DNA of 64,000 bases from Phoronis australis (GCA_002633005.1 NMRA01000150.1:592453-656452); one strand, 5' to 3'. Positions 14,401 through 29,400 are shown, counted from the first letter of the stretch. Translations and numbers: made by a program. Notes: generated by a model not told the origin, from the sequence alone.

Positions 14401-17400
14401 ATGTTCTGCCACCATAGTTTAAGCGGAGCGATAATGCGTTGTTTCCACTTCAGTCTTGGGGATTGAGACCATATAAGATCAATTAAAAAATAATTATTGA
14501 CCAGCATATGCTGTTATCCAATGATAATGCTGTTTTTTAATTTAAGTAAATATTTGGTATCAATGACAACCATATGTATTTTTACTTGTTCTGAAATATA
14601 ACATCCCCGAACCTACTCGCTAGCTATCAAAATCAGTACATCTAAGTGAATAAAATGTATTTGCTATTGAAATATATACTGCTAATTTCTTAATAAGTAT
14701 TCCAAAATCAGATTTCTTCTGTTGTATTAAAACAAACATTATCCCTGCAAAATCTGTACTTATGTTAAACTTGATATTGGAAATTTTGTGGATTTGCACT
14801 GCTTGCTTACGAGCTCTTTGTTTTGTGACTCAAAACTTGCGCAAAAAAGTAAAGTGCATAGTAACCAAAATATCAAACTTCTACGACTGAATTGCGCATC
14901 CAACCTATACCCAAAGTACAGAATTTCCCACAAGAAACTTAGTGGAAATATACCCAACCGAGCCGCTGTAGCATTGAATAGTGACCCTGTGAAAAATGAC
15001 CCCGGCTAGTTTTTTTACAGGGTTTAAATTTAATGTGAAGAATTTTTAGCCCATGAAAAAATGACCTCACGTCCGTGAAAACTCGTCCCGTCATTATTCA
15101 ACGGTTCCATGGGCGGATCCAGAATTTTGATTTGGGGGTGCCAAGGCAGAGGATCACATACGTGCACCCAGCCTAAAATATAGTGGGGGGGCTCGAATTT
15201 CACGTTCATGCGGACCTTTTACTGGAACAAGAAGACGAGTACTAAAAAACAGGGTACTAGGTTCAACCCCATGCATTGTGTATTCGCGACACATTCCTGT
15301 CGACGTTTTGTTTCTCTAAGAAGGGTGACACGAATTAAATGATAAATTTGCACGATCTTACTGGTTTCTCTTGAAAAAAATGAAAAAAAAATAAAACGCT
15401 CACAGTGGATAACAAGCGTGCAGCCGCTTAGACAATTCGAGAATCTGCCACTGGTTGCGATCTTCTGTTAGTTTGATATTTTCCCTATCGACTGAATGAC
15501 ACTTAAAAAAACACATGTAAGTGTGACATCACATGATTTTTTGTGTTTCTGGAAAAAAATCACACTCTTCCGCCTCTTAATTCGTTAGATATCGTGCTTT
15601 GAAAAGAGCATTTTGCCCTGTTTGTTTACACAGCAATTAGCTGTGTCACGTGACTAGTAACAATCTCCAATATGGCGTCAAGTTGTCAGCTGCAGTAGTG
15701 CGTGCGCCCGGTCTATAGTATTGAGATGACTATGGTCACAACGGTCTTGGAAGAATGAGCAAGACTGTATTGTACACTGGTCATCAGTGTTGAGCACAAG
15801 CTGGGTTTGAACCAGGTACCTCTAGATTCTCTGTCCAATAAACCAATAGATTTTAGAAATGAATATGTATGTTATCATATGATGACTTTCAAAATTCCCA
15901 TCAAAGTATGTTCTGTGGGAGTGGTTATTAATACTGTTGCAATGTTGTTCTAATATCTCGGAGTGGTTATTAATACTATTGAAATGTTCTAGCTCCATAC
16001 AGCCAGTACTGTGTGTATGTGACTGCCTCGACAGAGAAAGGCAGAAGTCCCAAACCTAAAACGTGCTTCAACCTTATCACAGATGTGGCAGGTATGTACC
16101 TGACTGTAGGCATTTTCCGTGACCCCCTGACCCTAATTAATTATGCATGAAACCTTTTGTCACTTTCCCACCAACACTACAACTCCCCTGTTTTGCACTT
16201 CTGCTATATGGGAAAGTATAACTCCTATATTAAGCTATAATTGTAACTCCTATAGTTAGCTATTGCAACTTGTCACAAAGTAAACGGATTATTGTACAAT
16301 GTGGCATAATTATGCTTCAGTGGGAAATGTTAACTCCATTTGCTAGATGTCGCTAGATGTCGCAGCATCAATCGCTCGAGACACAATGAGACATAGTCAT
16401 TCCTTTGTCTTTCATTACCAATTACTATAAATAGTCGCATGTAAAAGAAAAAGATAACAAAAATCTGACTAAGAATAACACTAATTAATCAGGCTTTAAG
16501 ATGTCTAGAAAACTTTATTAATCTCGCATAACGTATTCGCCGTAATAACCGCCCAGGGCGCTTAGAAAAGTTCGGTTCAGGAGGGGCGCTTATTATAACC
16601 CAAGGCGGTTGAAATCCGGTCTCCGAAACGGGTGAAATCGGAAGCTAAGATTCATCAAATTTACGTTCTGTGACATATCTGTAATCTATGAAAGACTTCC
16701 AACAAAACTGTGGTGAATTGCTATCAAACTTTGCTAAATTACGATCATTTTACAGAAAATTGTGTTGAAATCCCAGGGCGAAAACTCGCCGACTGACTGC
16801 CTCAAAATTGCCGTCTTCGATATGGCGACTTCAATGCTTGAATAAAAATAGTTTTGACTCAAGCAAATTACCTGAGATCCTCATTAAGTTTTCTAAGTAG
16901 CGTCCCTAAGACTTTTTTAAGTTCCCGTGGAGTCTGGATTTACGGCAGTTTTAAGTACAAATCTGCGCAACATCGTGCCATCTACATGTATTATCGGCAA
17001 CACGGCGAGAAAAATGTCTGGACGAACACACATGTTGTTGTCACGTGACGTTTGTTTTGAAGTTCGTCTGCGTGTAACCAGAGTTCATTTGCCAAAGCAG
17101 AGACCGTCTTTTGGCCAGAGCAACGCAATCTAATGAGCTAGATGTGCATTGCGTCTAAAGAAATTTGCACAAGCAGTAGGCCTAAACCAGAGCGTGTTTC
17201 ATTCAGCACTTGCCGGTCTCGTGCTAAAAATGTTTGACATTTGTTTCGGTAAGGCCCATATTAGTCGCCGTGTAGCTGGATGCGTACGTAACTATCTCAC
17301 AGTTATTTTTCGGTGTAAGGGTGTGTAAGCATTCACTGTCAGTTGTCATTTTATCGGATATTCGGCTTAAAAACACCAATTATGGTTAATCAAACAATCC

Positions 17401-20400
17401 ATCTAAAAAGTAACGCAAACATGTTTTATAGTATTAGGAATTGTTTGAAATTAGGGCCAATATTCATTTCTTACCGATGCTATGCTACCCGTTTCATGAA
17501 TGGATAGTTCCCGACTAATGTCTTTAATGACATCTAGGTTCATATATGTAGCGCGCGCTTTCTGGCCACGTGCGTTCAACACGGAGTTATTTTTATTCAT
17601 GAGACAGTCGATGTGTCTACTGAATGGTCAGACCATAGTGGGACACGGTCGTCGCGAAAGTAGCAACGCTGTTGCATTCTTTTTGAAGCGCTGTGTTACT
17701 TTGAAGTGTATAGTAACGGCTAAATACAAAGGTAGCAGTGCGGCTGGTGATCTAGAAGACCCGTGCAAAACTTTTTTGATAAATTGAAGACGTTACTGTA
17801 GTTGAGTTTTAGGACTGAAGGTACGTCATTGTTCGCATGTACACGTTCATGGACTGGGCGCTTATTTCAGTAAAGTCTGAAAACATGTGGGGGGGGCGCT
17901 TATAGGGGCATGGGCGGTTATTACGGCGAATACGGTACTCTCAATACTATGATTCAAATTCTCCATCTGTTGTTTAAATTGGAGAACTAAAGGTAACTCT
18001 GATATTGCCAGTTAATGGGAAAGGTAAGTGCAGTTGTGGTTGAGTTGCAATAGATGGGAGTTCCTGGTTTTGGTGTTGTTGGGAAAGCCATCTTAAAGTG
18101 ACATGTATTTCAGAGTCGTGCGTCTTTATTGAATATTTACATGTGATCAGAACTCGGTTCTACCGCAAGGCAGTCATTTGCATAGTTACTCAGTTAAGTG
18201 AACGTCTCTGTACATGATGCAAGGTGTGTATCGTACTCGTCCGGGTTATGGCCCATGCTCGGCTTACTGCCCACCTCCAATTTTTCATGATCGAGACTTT
18301 CGTAAAAGTATCTGTGCTTCTGTGAACGTTCGTCGCACAAAATTAAAATTCCAAAACGTGCGCAACTCGCTTACCTTTCTGTGACAATCAATCAGTTTTA
18401 GCGGAACTGGGGTCTTGCCTAACTATGGCGGTAAAATACCCATATTGTTATGCCCTTTACTGAAGGAGACAATTGTTTCCTGTGGCTCACACGCGGAACT
18501 CTTGTACTGATTACTGAGACAGCGCTTGTGGAATGTATTTCATTTGCTGTAGAAGAACAGCGAAGCAGTACTTGACAAGGATATCACGTCCATGGCACAC
18601 CTTTATGTGATTCCCCGTGACACTACACGAAACCACTCACGCTGTTTGCGGTGCATCCACTTCTCTAGCTTTTCCAAGATCAGCATGATGAATTGTTCAG
18701 TTGAATTGCTGTTTATTTAAAACACTCCAATCAACAATCTTCAATGGTATATATTCTTAGTTACCAAACTGAGCACCCTTCATAAGCTATGTTTTGTCTC
18801 AGTTATGACAAAGTTCTACCAGATTTATTGTAATCATCTGTTTTTGGTCAGTGTGATGTAGCATGTAACATATGAAATGCTCTCTTGTGGGCATAAGTGT
18901 CCGTCCAATGAGAAAGATGCATTGGGTATTAATTTGCAGTTGGAAAGCTATATTTTTTATCAAATTTGTTGGCTTTCAGTTCTGATATAATTTGACAGTG
19001 TCAAAATGTCTGACTGTACAGACATGGAACTCTTATTTGCCTTTTGGGAACATGTTTTAATACGTCTGCTTTTGATGAACTTGTTCTACTATCTGTCAAT
19101 AGGTGTCACTGGAACTTAATGAAAAATCAATTAATGCTAGTGTCACAGATATATGTCAATTGATCTGCAGAGCAGTAAGGACTGCTCAGATGTTATGTTC
19201 TGTGTATGCAGCTGATTATAGTTTGGATCTTATGTTGATCATATGGACATTTTGAAGCTATCTAAATCTCACAGCTTTATGAATCATCTAACTCATGGAT
19301 TGAAGCAAGGTTTGTAAGATGCAAGCTATACGAATAGGACCTGGTTCTCGAACAGTCTAAAAAGTTGATTTTTTTGGCTTTTGGGTTTGGTTTTCAGTCT
19401 GCTCCTGAGCAGGCTATAGATTTCTGTCATCAGGTTTCAAGTTGTAGACAGATTTTTGGACTTTTAGTCGTAGGCTGATTTCATGAAACCAGCTAAGCCA
19501 TCCGTAGACTGCTTTTTGCCCAAAGACAAAGGCTCTTCAAGAGACATCTCCCCAACAGTTAAAGATGTATTTGCATGCTCCTAACTATGCTAATGTATAG
19601 CAGGAATTAAGCGACAATGCTATTTGAACATCATCTACACTAAACGAATTGCAGTTGTATTAATTACCAATTTCTTAATGTGAAAACAAAAAAATCTGCA
19701 AATTGGTGACCTTTGCAGTAATGATGTACCTTGGGGGCTCACATAACCTGCTTCATGCAGTGTTATTACCCAACACCCGGTCATGATACTTACTGGATAT
19801 GGTAGAGTGATTTGCAACGGATCATTTTCGACGCACAAGTCGTTCTTAAAAACATTTCACAATTTTCATCCTATTTCATATGATATGTTGTGTTTCATAT
19901 TCACATCGTTATATGTTGTGTTTCATATTCACATCGTTATATGTTGTGTTTCATATTCACATCGTTATATGTTGTGTTTCATATTCACATCGTTATATGT
20001 TGTGTTTCATATTCACATCGTTATATGTTGTGTTTCCAACCAATTTGACCATGCAATCACAGAGATAAGGAATTAGTGTGCAAGTTGTACTTTAAGTCAG
20101 TCCAAACCTGGACATAAACATGTTGTAATGTAACATTTAGAGCCAAAAGTTTCGGTGCATGTGTACTACACATAGTTGAACGGCATGATCAAGTGTTTGT
20201 GAGTGGTTGTATTTTTGCCTATCTTTAGAACAAAAGTTGATGCTATGTTGTTCTCAAACCAAACCATTACTAACTGTTAAGTTTCGTCTTGTTCAACCAT
20301 TCTGTGTTTAATTATGTTTCTTGCAATGCTCATATGTTATGTACAATATTCTAGCTAATTACCTTGTTGGCATATTTAAACCAGGATTTTAGCAAGTGAC

Positions 20401-23400
20401 TCATTTCTGATTTTACCCATTTGGTGTATATTTGCTGACGGTGGTGTCAACTGGAAAAGCCTGTAAATTATAAAGTATGCCAGCTACTGCTGTATCTAAT
20501 GCTGGGTAATGACAATGATTGGTTGGAATTCAGAACATGCCTGGCCAGATTTCAAAGTTGATCAAGAAAATTAGGTGACCAAAGTGATTTTTGTGCTGAG
20601 TTTGGGTTTAAGAAGGATTTTTCCAAGAAACTACAATTTGTTTACTTTAGGACATATACAGCATGAGTCATACTTTAACACCTGACAATGGCTCTCCCTC
20701 AGGTTTCAGTTTCACACGTGTTTAGACTGTGCCATGTATGTGGTGACAATTTTCTCAAACCTAAGTCTAGTGATCTGTTTTCATCTTCTCATATACTGCT
20801 GTGGTAAAATCTCACATATTTAGGATACCATATGGCGAACAGGTAATATTATTTTTTCATGAATGACATGTAGCACCAAATTAATGGTTTTCTGTGTTCA
20901 AGTTCTGCTCTACAGCAACCAGTATACATTATGCCCATGTTCAAGTTCTACTCTACAGCTACCAGCAGACATTATTCCAAAGAACTCTGGGCATTTGTTA
21001 AACTGTTAGAATCTCTTGAAAAATTGGAAAAGGGTCAATTTTGTTGATTATGGTTTGTGATATTTTACCCTGGCTTGTGTGTTGTTGAGTCACTTCTAAA
21101 GGATATTACGGTATGTGTTTCTTAGCTACAACCACAGACTCCCCTTCTTGTGCTGTATAATCCACTTGTTATCCATGTTCCAATGTGGTATAATCCACTT
21201 GTTATCCATGTTACAATGTGGTATAATCCACTTGTTATCCATGTTCTAGTGTGGTATAATCCACTTGTTATCCATGTTATGTTGTGGTATAATCCACTTG
21301 TTATCCATGTTCCAATGTGGTATAATCCACTTGTTATCCATGTTACAATGTGGTATAATCCACTTGTTATCCATGTTCTAGTGTGGTATAATCCACTTGT
21401 TATCCATGTTATGTTGTGGTATAATCCACTTGTTATCCATGTTCCAATGTGGTATAATCCACTTGTTATCCATGTTACAATGTGGTATAATCCACTTGTT
21501 ATCCATGTTCTAGTGTGGTATAATCCACTTGTTATCCATGTTATGTTGTGGTATAATCCACTTGTTATCCATGTTCCAATGTGGTATAATCCACTTGTTA
21601 TCCATGTTACAATGTGGTATAATCCACTTGTTATCCATGTTCTAGTGTGGTATAATCCACTTGTTATCCATGTTCTAGTGTGGTATGATCCACTTGTTAT
21701 CCATGTTACAATGTGGTATAATCCACTTGTTATCCATATTATGGTGTGGTATAATCCACTTGTTATCCATGTTACAGTGTGGTATAATCCACTTCTTATC
21801 CATGTTACAGTGTGGTATAATCCACTTCTTATCCATGTTACAGCACCAAGTGCACCCCTGTTGCTGAATGTGTCCAGCAATGCCACTGGTGTTGTGGTGG
21901 TCGAGTGGTTACCATCTGAGGTATTCAATAAGAGTCTTGATCGTTACGAGGTGCAGCTCACTGATAACAAAACTGGTGCCATCATCAATCGGACAAGAGA
22001 CGTGACAGACATGAAGGGTGAATATATACCGAAATACACATCAGTAAGTGTTCACCAACAGTGAGAATGTTCACTTGTTTTGTATTGATTGTTTCTTGCA
22101 ATCTTGTCGTATTCTCAGTGTTCCTTGACACCTACACCCATTATATATATTGTATATATCGTATTACAGTAAAATTTGTCAGTTTGAAATGGTGAAAAAT
22201 TAAGGAAAATTGAGGTGGGAGGCTGTGCCATATTTTAGATAGAGATAGTGTTGGCTATCCCAAATTCAAGAATTACGATGCACAACGATTATCATTTGTT
22301 CATTATACACTATGGGGATGCATGAAAATGTTTCATTGGCGTCCATTTTCTAAGAACTGCTAAGCTTTCATACTCTGTTGGTGTAAACCACTGTGTCCAA
22401 TATTTGAGAAATGTAATGAACATCTGCATTGTCCATATCCTGAGTTTTAGAATTAAAGAAAATTCGATTTGGCTTGAATGTGGGTATGTTTACAGACTGT
22501 CCTAAACTAGATATCTTTTGCCATTGTCTTTCAATTTGTAATATTCATAGTTGGGGGTCACTTGATAGTTTGTCACTTTCCTCAGCAGTAAAAGTGCAAT
22601 CAAACAAAATGAGTGACTGGAGGATGAGTAATGTCTACAGTAGTGACTGGTGGGTTGAGTGGGTGGGTGGGCAGGTGAGTAATGTCCATACAGTGACTGG
22701 GTGGGTGGGTAATGTCTACAGTATAGTGACTGGTGGATGAATAATTCTGTATAGGTACATTAGCGCCGTCACTGTTATGAATTGCAATATACTTACCAGG
22801 CAATACACTGTTATGAACCGCAGTACACTTACTAGGCAATACACTGTTATGAACCGCAGTATACTTACTAGGCAATACGTTGTTATGAACTGCAGCATAC
22901 TTGATAGGCAATACACTGTTATGAATCGCAGTACACTTACTAGGCAATACACTGTTATGAACCGCAGTATACTTACTAGGCAATACACTGTTATGAACCA
23001 CAGTATACTTACTAGGCAATACACTGTTATGAACCACAGTATACTTACTAGGCAATACACTGTTATGAACTGCAGTATACTTACTGGGCAATACAGTGAT
23101 ATGAACTATAGTATACTTACTAGGCAATACACTGTTATGAACTACAGTATACTTATTTGGCAATACACTGTTATGAACTGCAGTAAAGAAGTTATTGATA
23201 TCCTGCTACTTGATGCATTGTAAGTATTTTAGGAATTGTGTCAGCGTGCTCGGTAATTGTATCAAATGGGCCATTTTGTTGGCATTGGATGATTGTTATA
23301 AGAGGTTTCAGCTCTTGGTGATGTGTCATGACTCATCATTTTCAGCCAGAATTAAGCGGAATTGACCATCGTGATATGGAAACAATATTTTGTCCATGTT

Positions 23401-26400
23401 CATTTGGCTCCTACTGTCTGTTGAGTCGAGCAAGACTACACTAAGTATTGCTTTTCATTGCAGGCTCGTTTGACAAATATCACTGGTAACACTACATATA
23501 CTGTGCGTGTGAGAGCTGCTACAATCAGTTTGTTCTCCAGCCCTGAGAATCCAAAATTTATCTATGGCTCCTTGTCCAACTCAATAACGTTGCATTTACC
23601 AGGTGAGTTACCAAGATGGCTGTCTAGCTATTGAGTTTTAAGTGATGTCTCTCTGTGTATAGTGATGTCTCTGTGTGTTGAGTGGTGTCACTGTGCGTGT
23701 TGAGTGGTGTCTGTGTGTTGAGTGGTGTCTGTGTGTGTTGAGTGGTGTCTGTGTGTTGAGTGGTGTCTGTGTGTTGAGTGGTGTCTCTGTGTGTTGAGTG
23801 GTGTCACTGTGTGTTGAGTGGTGTCTCTGTGTGTTGAGTGGTGTCTCTGTGTGTTGAGTGGTGTCTCTGTGTCTCAGTACTTGGGACTTTGTTGTAATAC
23901 TGCTTTGACACAAGTCTTCTGTCCACACTCTTGTAGTTTGTACAATTATAGTTAGTCTACTGTAGTTTTAGACTATAGTTTGGATACCACGAACATGGGT
24001 TAAAGTTGAAGCTGCTCTGAACCTGTGTTCAGTCAAAGAAATTTAATCTTTTGATTTATACGGCTTACCACATAAAACTAGTTTCACCATGTTCCTTACT
24101 CAGATAAGTGATTCTGCGAATTGAATGTACAGTTGTTTTAAAATGACAAACCGAAATGTTGGGCCTGGTCTCTTGTAACAACAAACTAGTAGCAAGGAGT
24201 GTACTAGTAGAGGAGAGTTTACTCCGCCATTTTATCATTCGCCGCAATGGTCACTGGTCGAAACACTAGCGCTCCAAGCGGTGAATAATCAACACTTAGG
24301 AGCGCAGTCCGAACAAAGTAAACACTCATAAATTCATACTTTAATGTCGTTCAATGTGCAATAAAATTACTATGTGATTGAAAATGGTTAGAATACATAA
24401 ACTAACATCCACTTACAATAAAATGAGAAAGAAAATGTGTATTTTAATCAATATTAAAGTGTATTTGTTTTTATTCTCTTGAAGCTCCCTTCAAAATCCA
24501 TCATCATGTTTGAGTTCTTAACACGGCAATTATCGTTCCTTATAACAGTTCATACCTCCATGGACTACATAATTTGAATGATTTCCCCTGGGGGTTCAGA
24601 GGGGAATTCCCCCCAGGTGCCAGCTAAGGGGGTACCAGGCAAAAACCAGGTGGGCGCCAAATGGGTGTTGACCCCCTCCCAGGGGTGTTACATGGGAGGA
24701 GTGCTAAACATGTAAAAAACAATGGGTATGTATGCCACATGGGTGTTGAGCCCTCCCATCGTCACACATTTTGGTTGCTCCTCTGACCATTGACAAACAT
24801 GTTGCTCCTAGCTCACTGCTGGTTTCATCTCCACCCATGTTCCCTATTCAATGCACCAGGCTACTAGCAATGCAGACAGTTGTTTTGTGCAGTGCGTGTA
24901 ACACAAGTGAGAAGAAGAAAGCAAGGCAATTCATCATTACCACAAAATCGTAATACAATTTTAGAACATTCCATTATTTCTTAGACATGCCAGTATAGGG
25001 CTCAATCCCACTCTCCCACTCACCAACAGTTACAAGTCACTTGCTAATCTGTAGAATAGCTCAGAACTTACAAAATGAAGTAACATTGAGTATATCATCA
25101 CTCATAACTAGTCAAAGTTCAAAATGTCATGTCAAAAAATCAAGAGGTACTGAACAGCAATCAAAACATTCACTACCCACATAGCTTCATACAAAACTGA
25201 ATTAAAAAGACTTGGATGATAAAACCAAAATTTTATTTGTATACCCACTGTTCCTATTATCAATAATAGTAAGTATTTCAGGTAAGTTAAAGCCAGACCA
25301 CAAGGTCATATCTGATACCTAGCCACAACTGGGGCTTAAATAAATCACAGTCTCCAGAAACTTACAAAATAGGCAACACATACACCAACCAATACAACAA
25401 GAAAATCTGACCAACCTTGTCAATCTCTATTAATTCACTAGTAAATAACAGCTGCACTTTTCACCAAATAAATGCGTTATAAATAAAGCTGAAAACTAAT
25501 TTACTCACAGAGGTGTTTGTCATCGAGAAGCAAAATGATATGGATAACTTGGGTTTAACAAAATTTCAGCCCACCACTCAGACTCTGAATGATCCATCAG
25601 TTTCACTTTGGCTCTCTCCAAATCACAGGCTAACCATTCATAAAATGTTTCAATCTGTTCAACCTTAGTAAAATAGGAAAACCAAATTTTGACTAATTGT
25701 CCTTTCTACACGTGATGTTTCAGTACTTTGTGAGACGATAATCAGAAATGCAAAAAAGCCTATTCCAGAGCTGTAATATAATTTCCCGAGAACTTTTTGA
25801 CCCTGACATCTTCATTTTTGGTGGATACGGGACATCAAATATTGTTTGGGCACTGCAGTCAATACCAGCTTGTTCTTCATCCATGAACATGGGCTCCTCG
25901 AAGTAATGAGAGCATAAGTTGCAGTTCTTGGTCAAATAGGCTGCATCTCTATTCAGAAGGTCAGCTCCCAGTGCTTGCACCTGAACAGAAATCAATGACT
26001 GAGAGACTTAGGAACAAACCTCATACTCACTAGGTTCACAGAAGACTGGTAGCCTACACTAAAGTACACTACACTACAGAATTCCTGTCGTACTGTGATT
26101 GTGATAAAGACAAAAGCGTTTTGGTGTCAACTGAAAAAAACTCGGACTCAAATGTCAATCCACGGATATTTTAAAAGGGCCGCGCCCCCGCATCATTGAC
26201 ACATATAATTAAGTTTTCAATGACGCACTGCTTAACTTAATTGGTCCAACTGGCACATTAAAATTATGTTGATTTTTTCACCTTTTCACCAAGACCCACA
26301 GATTCTCTAACTTGACTCATGACAGACTTGTGGCCCTGTGGCTGTGATTGTGCCATGGCCATGTCACCAGTCATATTACCCATGGCCATGGGTATCATGT

Positions 26401-29400
26401 TTTTCTAAAATTATCCCTGCGATCGTACGGGTGACATTTTGATTTGGAATTCATGGACTGCAAGTATCCAAAAAGGTGGCAGCCCGGTTGTACAGTAGGC
26501 CTAGCGAGCCTACACCGGCTGCAGACAACAGTGGCAACTGGACTGCGATGGACTTGTCTAACAACCGTGAACGGAACACACAAAATGAAAGCCAGTAACA
26601 GATAATCCTTACCTTTCTATATCCTTAGGAAACCTAAAAAATGACACGTCTGGGGTTTTCGTGGATGAATTCATACAATTTATCGCACTGCAAAATGCGT
26701 CCCTCCCCATTGTTTTAGCGCTTCCTGGTTGACATTTGCTTAGTCACCACTTGGCGGCGCTAGTAGTAGCGGTAACAGCGAACTCACAAGTGAACTCTCC
26801 TATACTACTACACTTCTTGCTGGTAGTCTGCACATCACCTCTTGGAAGGAGACTAGTTTTGTAAATGTAACAGTTCTATATGTTCAAGATGTGTTTTTAG
26901 CATACTCAATCACTTAATTAATTACATGGTCAGCTGCATATTGAAGTCTGTGTCTTTTTGAACCCATAATGTCATCTCCAGTCAAATTGGCTTGCTTGAA
27001 CACTTTCAAGTCTAGTTGGTCTTCACTTAGTAACTACACTATTTCAGACGGTGCCTACAATGCTGGTCCTGGCACTGGTGGACAACAGGCTAACATGGCC
27101 TATATAGGAATAGGTGTTGGACTGTTGGCTGTTCTTGTGCTTGTTCTACTGGCATTTGTCATTATCAAACGGTAAGTGTTATATAATCATATACCATTAT
27201 CAAGCTGTAAGTGTTATATCATATACCATTAAACACAGCTATCAGTAAAAGCATGAAAATTTTGAGACATACAGTTGAGTCTAATACTGGAATAAAAACT
27301 TACAAATTAAAGTTAGCCTAGCTGAAGTTTGTAAGTTTTTATTCCAGTATTAGACTCAAACTTTATCTACCAACAGCTATCAGTGTTCAGTGTGGAATCA
27401 TGACATTGTTGCATGCTTCACATTCAAATGAAACCTTTATCAGAACTTTAAATTCTTTTCTCTCTATTCTTATTGATTCATATCAAGATGATTTGTTCAG
27501 AATGGTAGCATACATATTAAACTATAGATATTGCATTCTTTAATATTTTTATCAGTTGTGCTTATTTATTTATTTATTTAAACTTCTTTAAAAGACTGGG
27601 TGACCACTTCAGTGAATACACTGATTTTCAAGTGGACCCAGTCGGAAATAATTACATGAAGTAAAATACAGACAGCTATGTACAATTAGATTGAAAAGAT
27701 TAATAAATAAAATAAATTAGTATAAAAATTTAATAGTTAATATGTACAATTAGGTGAATAAATAAGATAAAACAGAGTAAAGTAATGATGAGCTGAGGCG
27801 TACAGTCCTGAAGCGCACACTAAGTCCCAGTTATTTTGTTTGAAGAGGTGGACATTGGATGCGTTCACGAACATGGTAGTCCACTGTCCATTTTAAGCAA
27901 CAGCACCTCTGTAGGCAAAAGTTCTTTTGCCGCAGTTGTTTTTAGGTTTATCTGGTACCAGGCAGCCATAAACACTCGCTCTAGTATTGTAATTGTGAGA
28001 ATCTGTGACTGCCTTGAATTTAGTAGTAAGGTATTTAGGTGTGAGGTTATTTGTGGCTTTGTACACCATAAAGTTTAAATGAAAGGCACGCCTGTCAACC
28101 AGGCTACACCAACAAAGTTTATCGAGGAGGTCAGAAGGGCGACTATAGATGAGTATCAGCCCCTAGCCTTGTTTTGTAATTTTTGAAGTCTATCCTGCAG
28201 GAATGATGCACAATTACCCCACACAACATCACAGTAATCAAAATGTCATACAATTAGGCTCCAGTACAGAGTCTGAAGAGTAGCCTGATCACCATAGCTC
28301 CTTACTCTGTAGTCTGTACAAAAGCCCAATTCGGTGAGAAACTTTCTTGCACACATACTGTACGTGTTCGTCCCATGATAAGTTATTATCAATCAGAACA
28401 CCCAGATATTTTTACTTCTCAGTTCCTGCCAGTTGGGTGCTGTTAATAGTAATGGCGATGTTGTTTGGAGACAACACAGTCAGCCTCTGTGTGCTACCAA
28501 TAGTCATAACGTTGGTATTGAGTGACTTTCAGCCGTTAAGATGCATCATAATAGTCAGTACTACCAAGTGAGCTTTGTATGACTGACAGGCTTCAGAGTG
28601 CATAGGTTTACACTGTCACGTTGCACTTACATAATTATACGTTGTGTGTGAGTGCATATCGTCATTTCTGTCTTGGGTGTCCAGTCTTCGCTGCTGTATC
28701 TCCTAATTTAACCCTTTGCAGGATCATAATGAGATTTGTAAAATGTGCTCCTATGCAGCTGACGACACACAACGACACGTTTCGAAATCACCTGACATTG
28801 GCTATTCCCCCTTGTGGCAATTCTATTTTTATGTATTCTTCTGTCTTCGAAGCTCCTTGATGGATTTTCATGAAATTTGGAAAATTCTAATAGGGAGATA
28901 ACTTCCCCTTTGTATTTTCTGACATATTCAACATATTCTGTGCTGCTTATTCACCATTTTTATGAAATTTTGCAAATGCTTTTCTCAGGCAGATCTAAAC
29001 ACCACTGGGCCCCCTGGTGACAATTCTAATTTTTATGTTAATCTGTACATCTTTATAGTTCCCTGATATAATTTCATGAAATTTAGGTTGCTATTAAGTA
29101 TACGACAGCACTTTTTTATGTTTGGACAGATCAGACATATTATATACCACCCAGGAGCAATTTTTATTGTTTTCAAGTCTCTTACTTGACATCAGCCTCT
29201 CTGCCTCCACTGGACTGCCCAAAGAATCTTTAATAATATTGCCATGTTTTCCCACTGACCGCAGTACAACTGATATTGTTTATAGGGCGGTCATTTACTC
29301 TGGCAACTTTTTTTTCATCCCCTGCTGTTTCTCCAGAAACCTTTGCAGACTATTTGTGTACCTGGCATTAGATGAAATTCTGCGCAACCTAGTGGTCATA

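Noticed and set aside
18230-19805. Possible second pogo-like element
   Set aside because: Putative termini match too poorly to call TIRs.
22011-22025. Alternative donor AAGG|gtgaat at 22017 for exon 8
   Set aside because: Phase 1, incompatible with phase-0 exon 9; the gtaagt donor after 22043 fits.
21122-23223. Long repetitive ORFs (268, 304, 187 and 148 aa)
   Set aside because: Products of 33- and 36-bp minisatellites; only 21844-22043 is exon.
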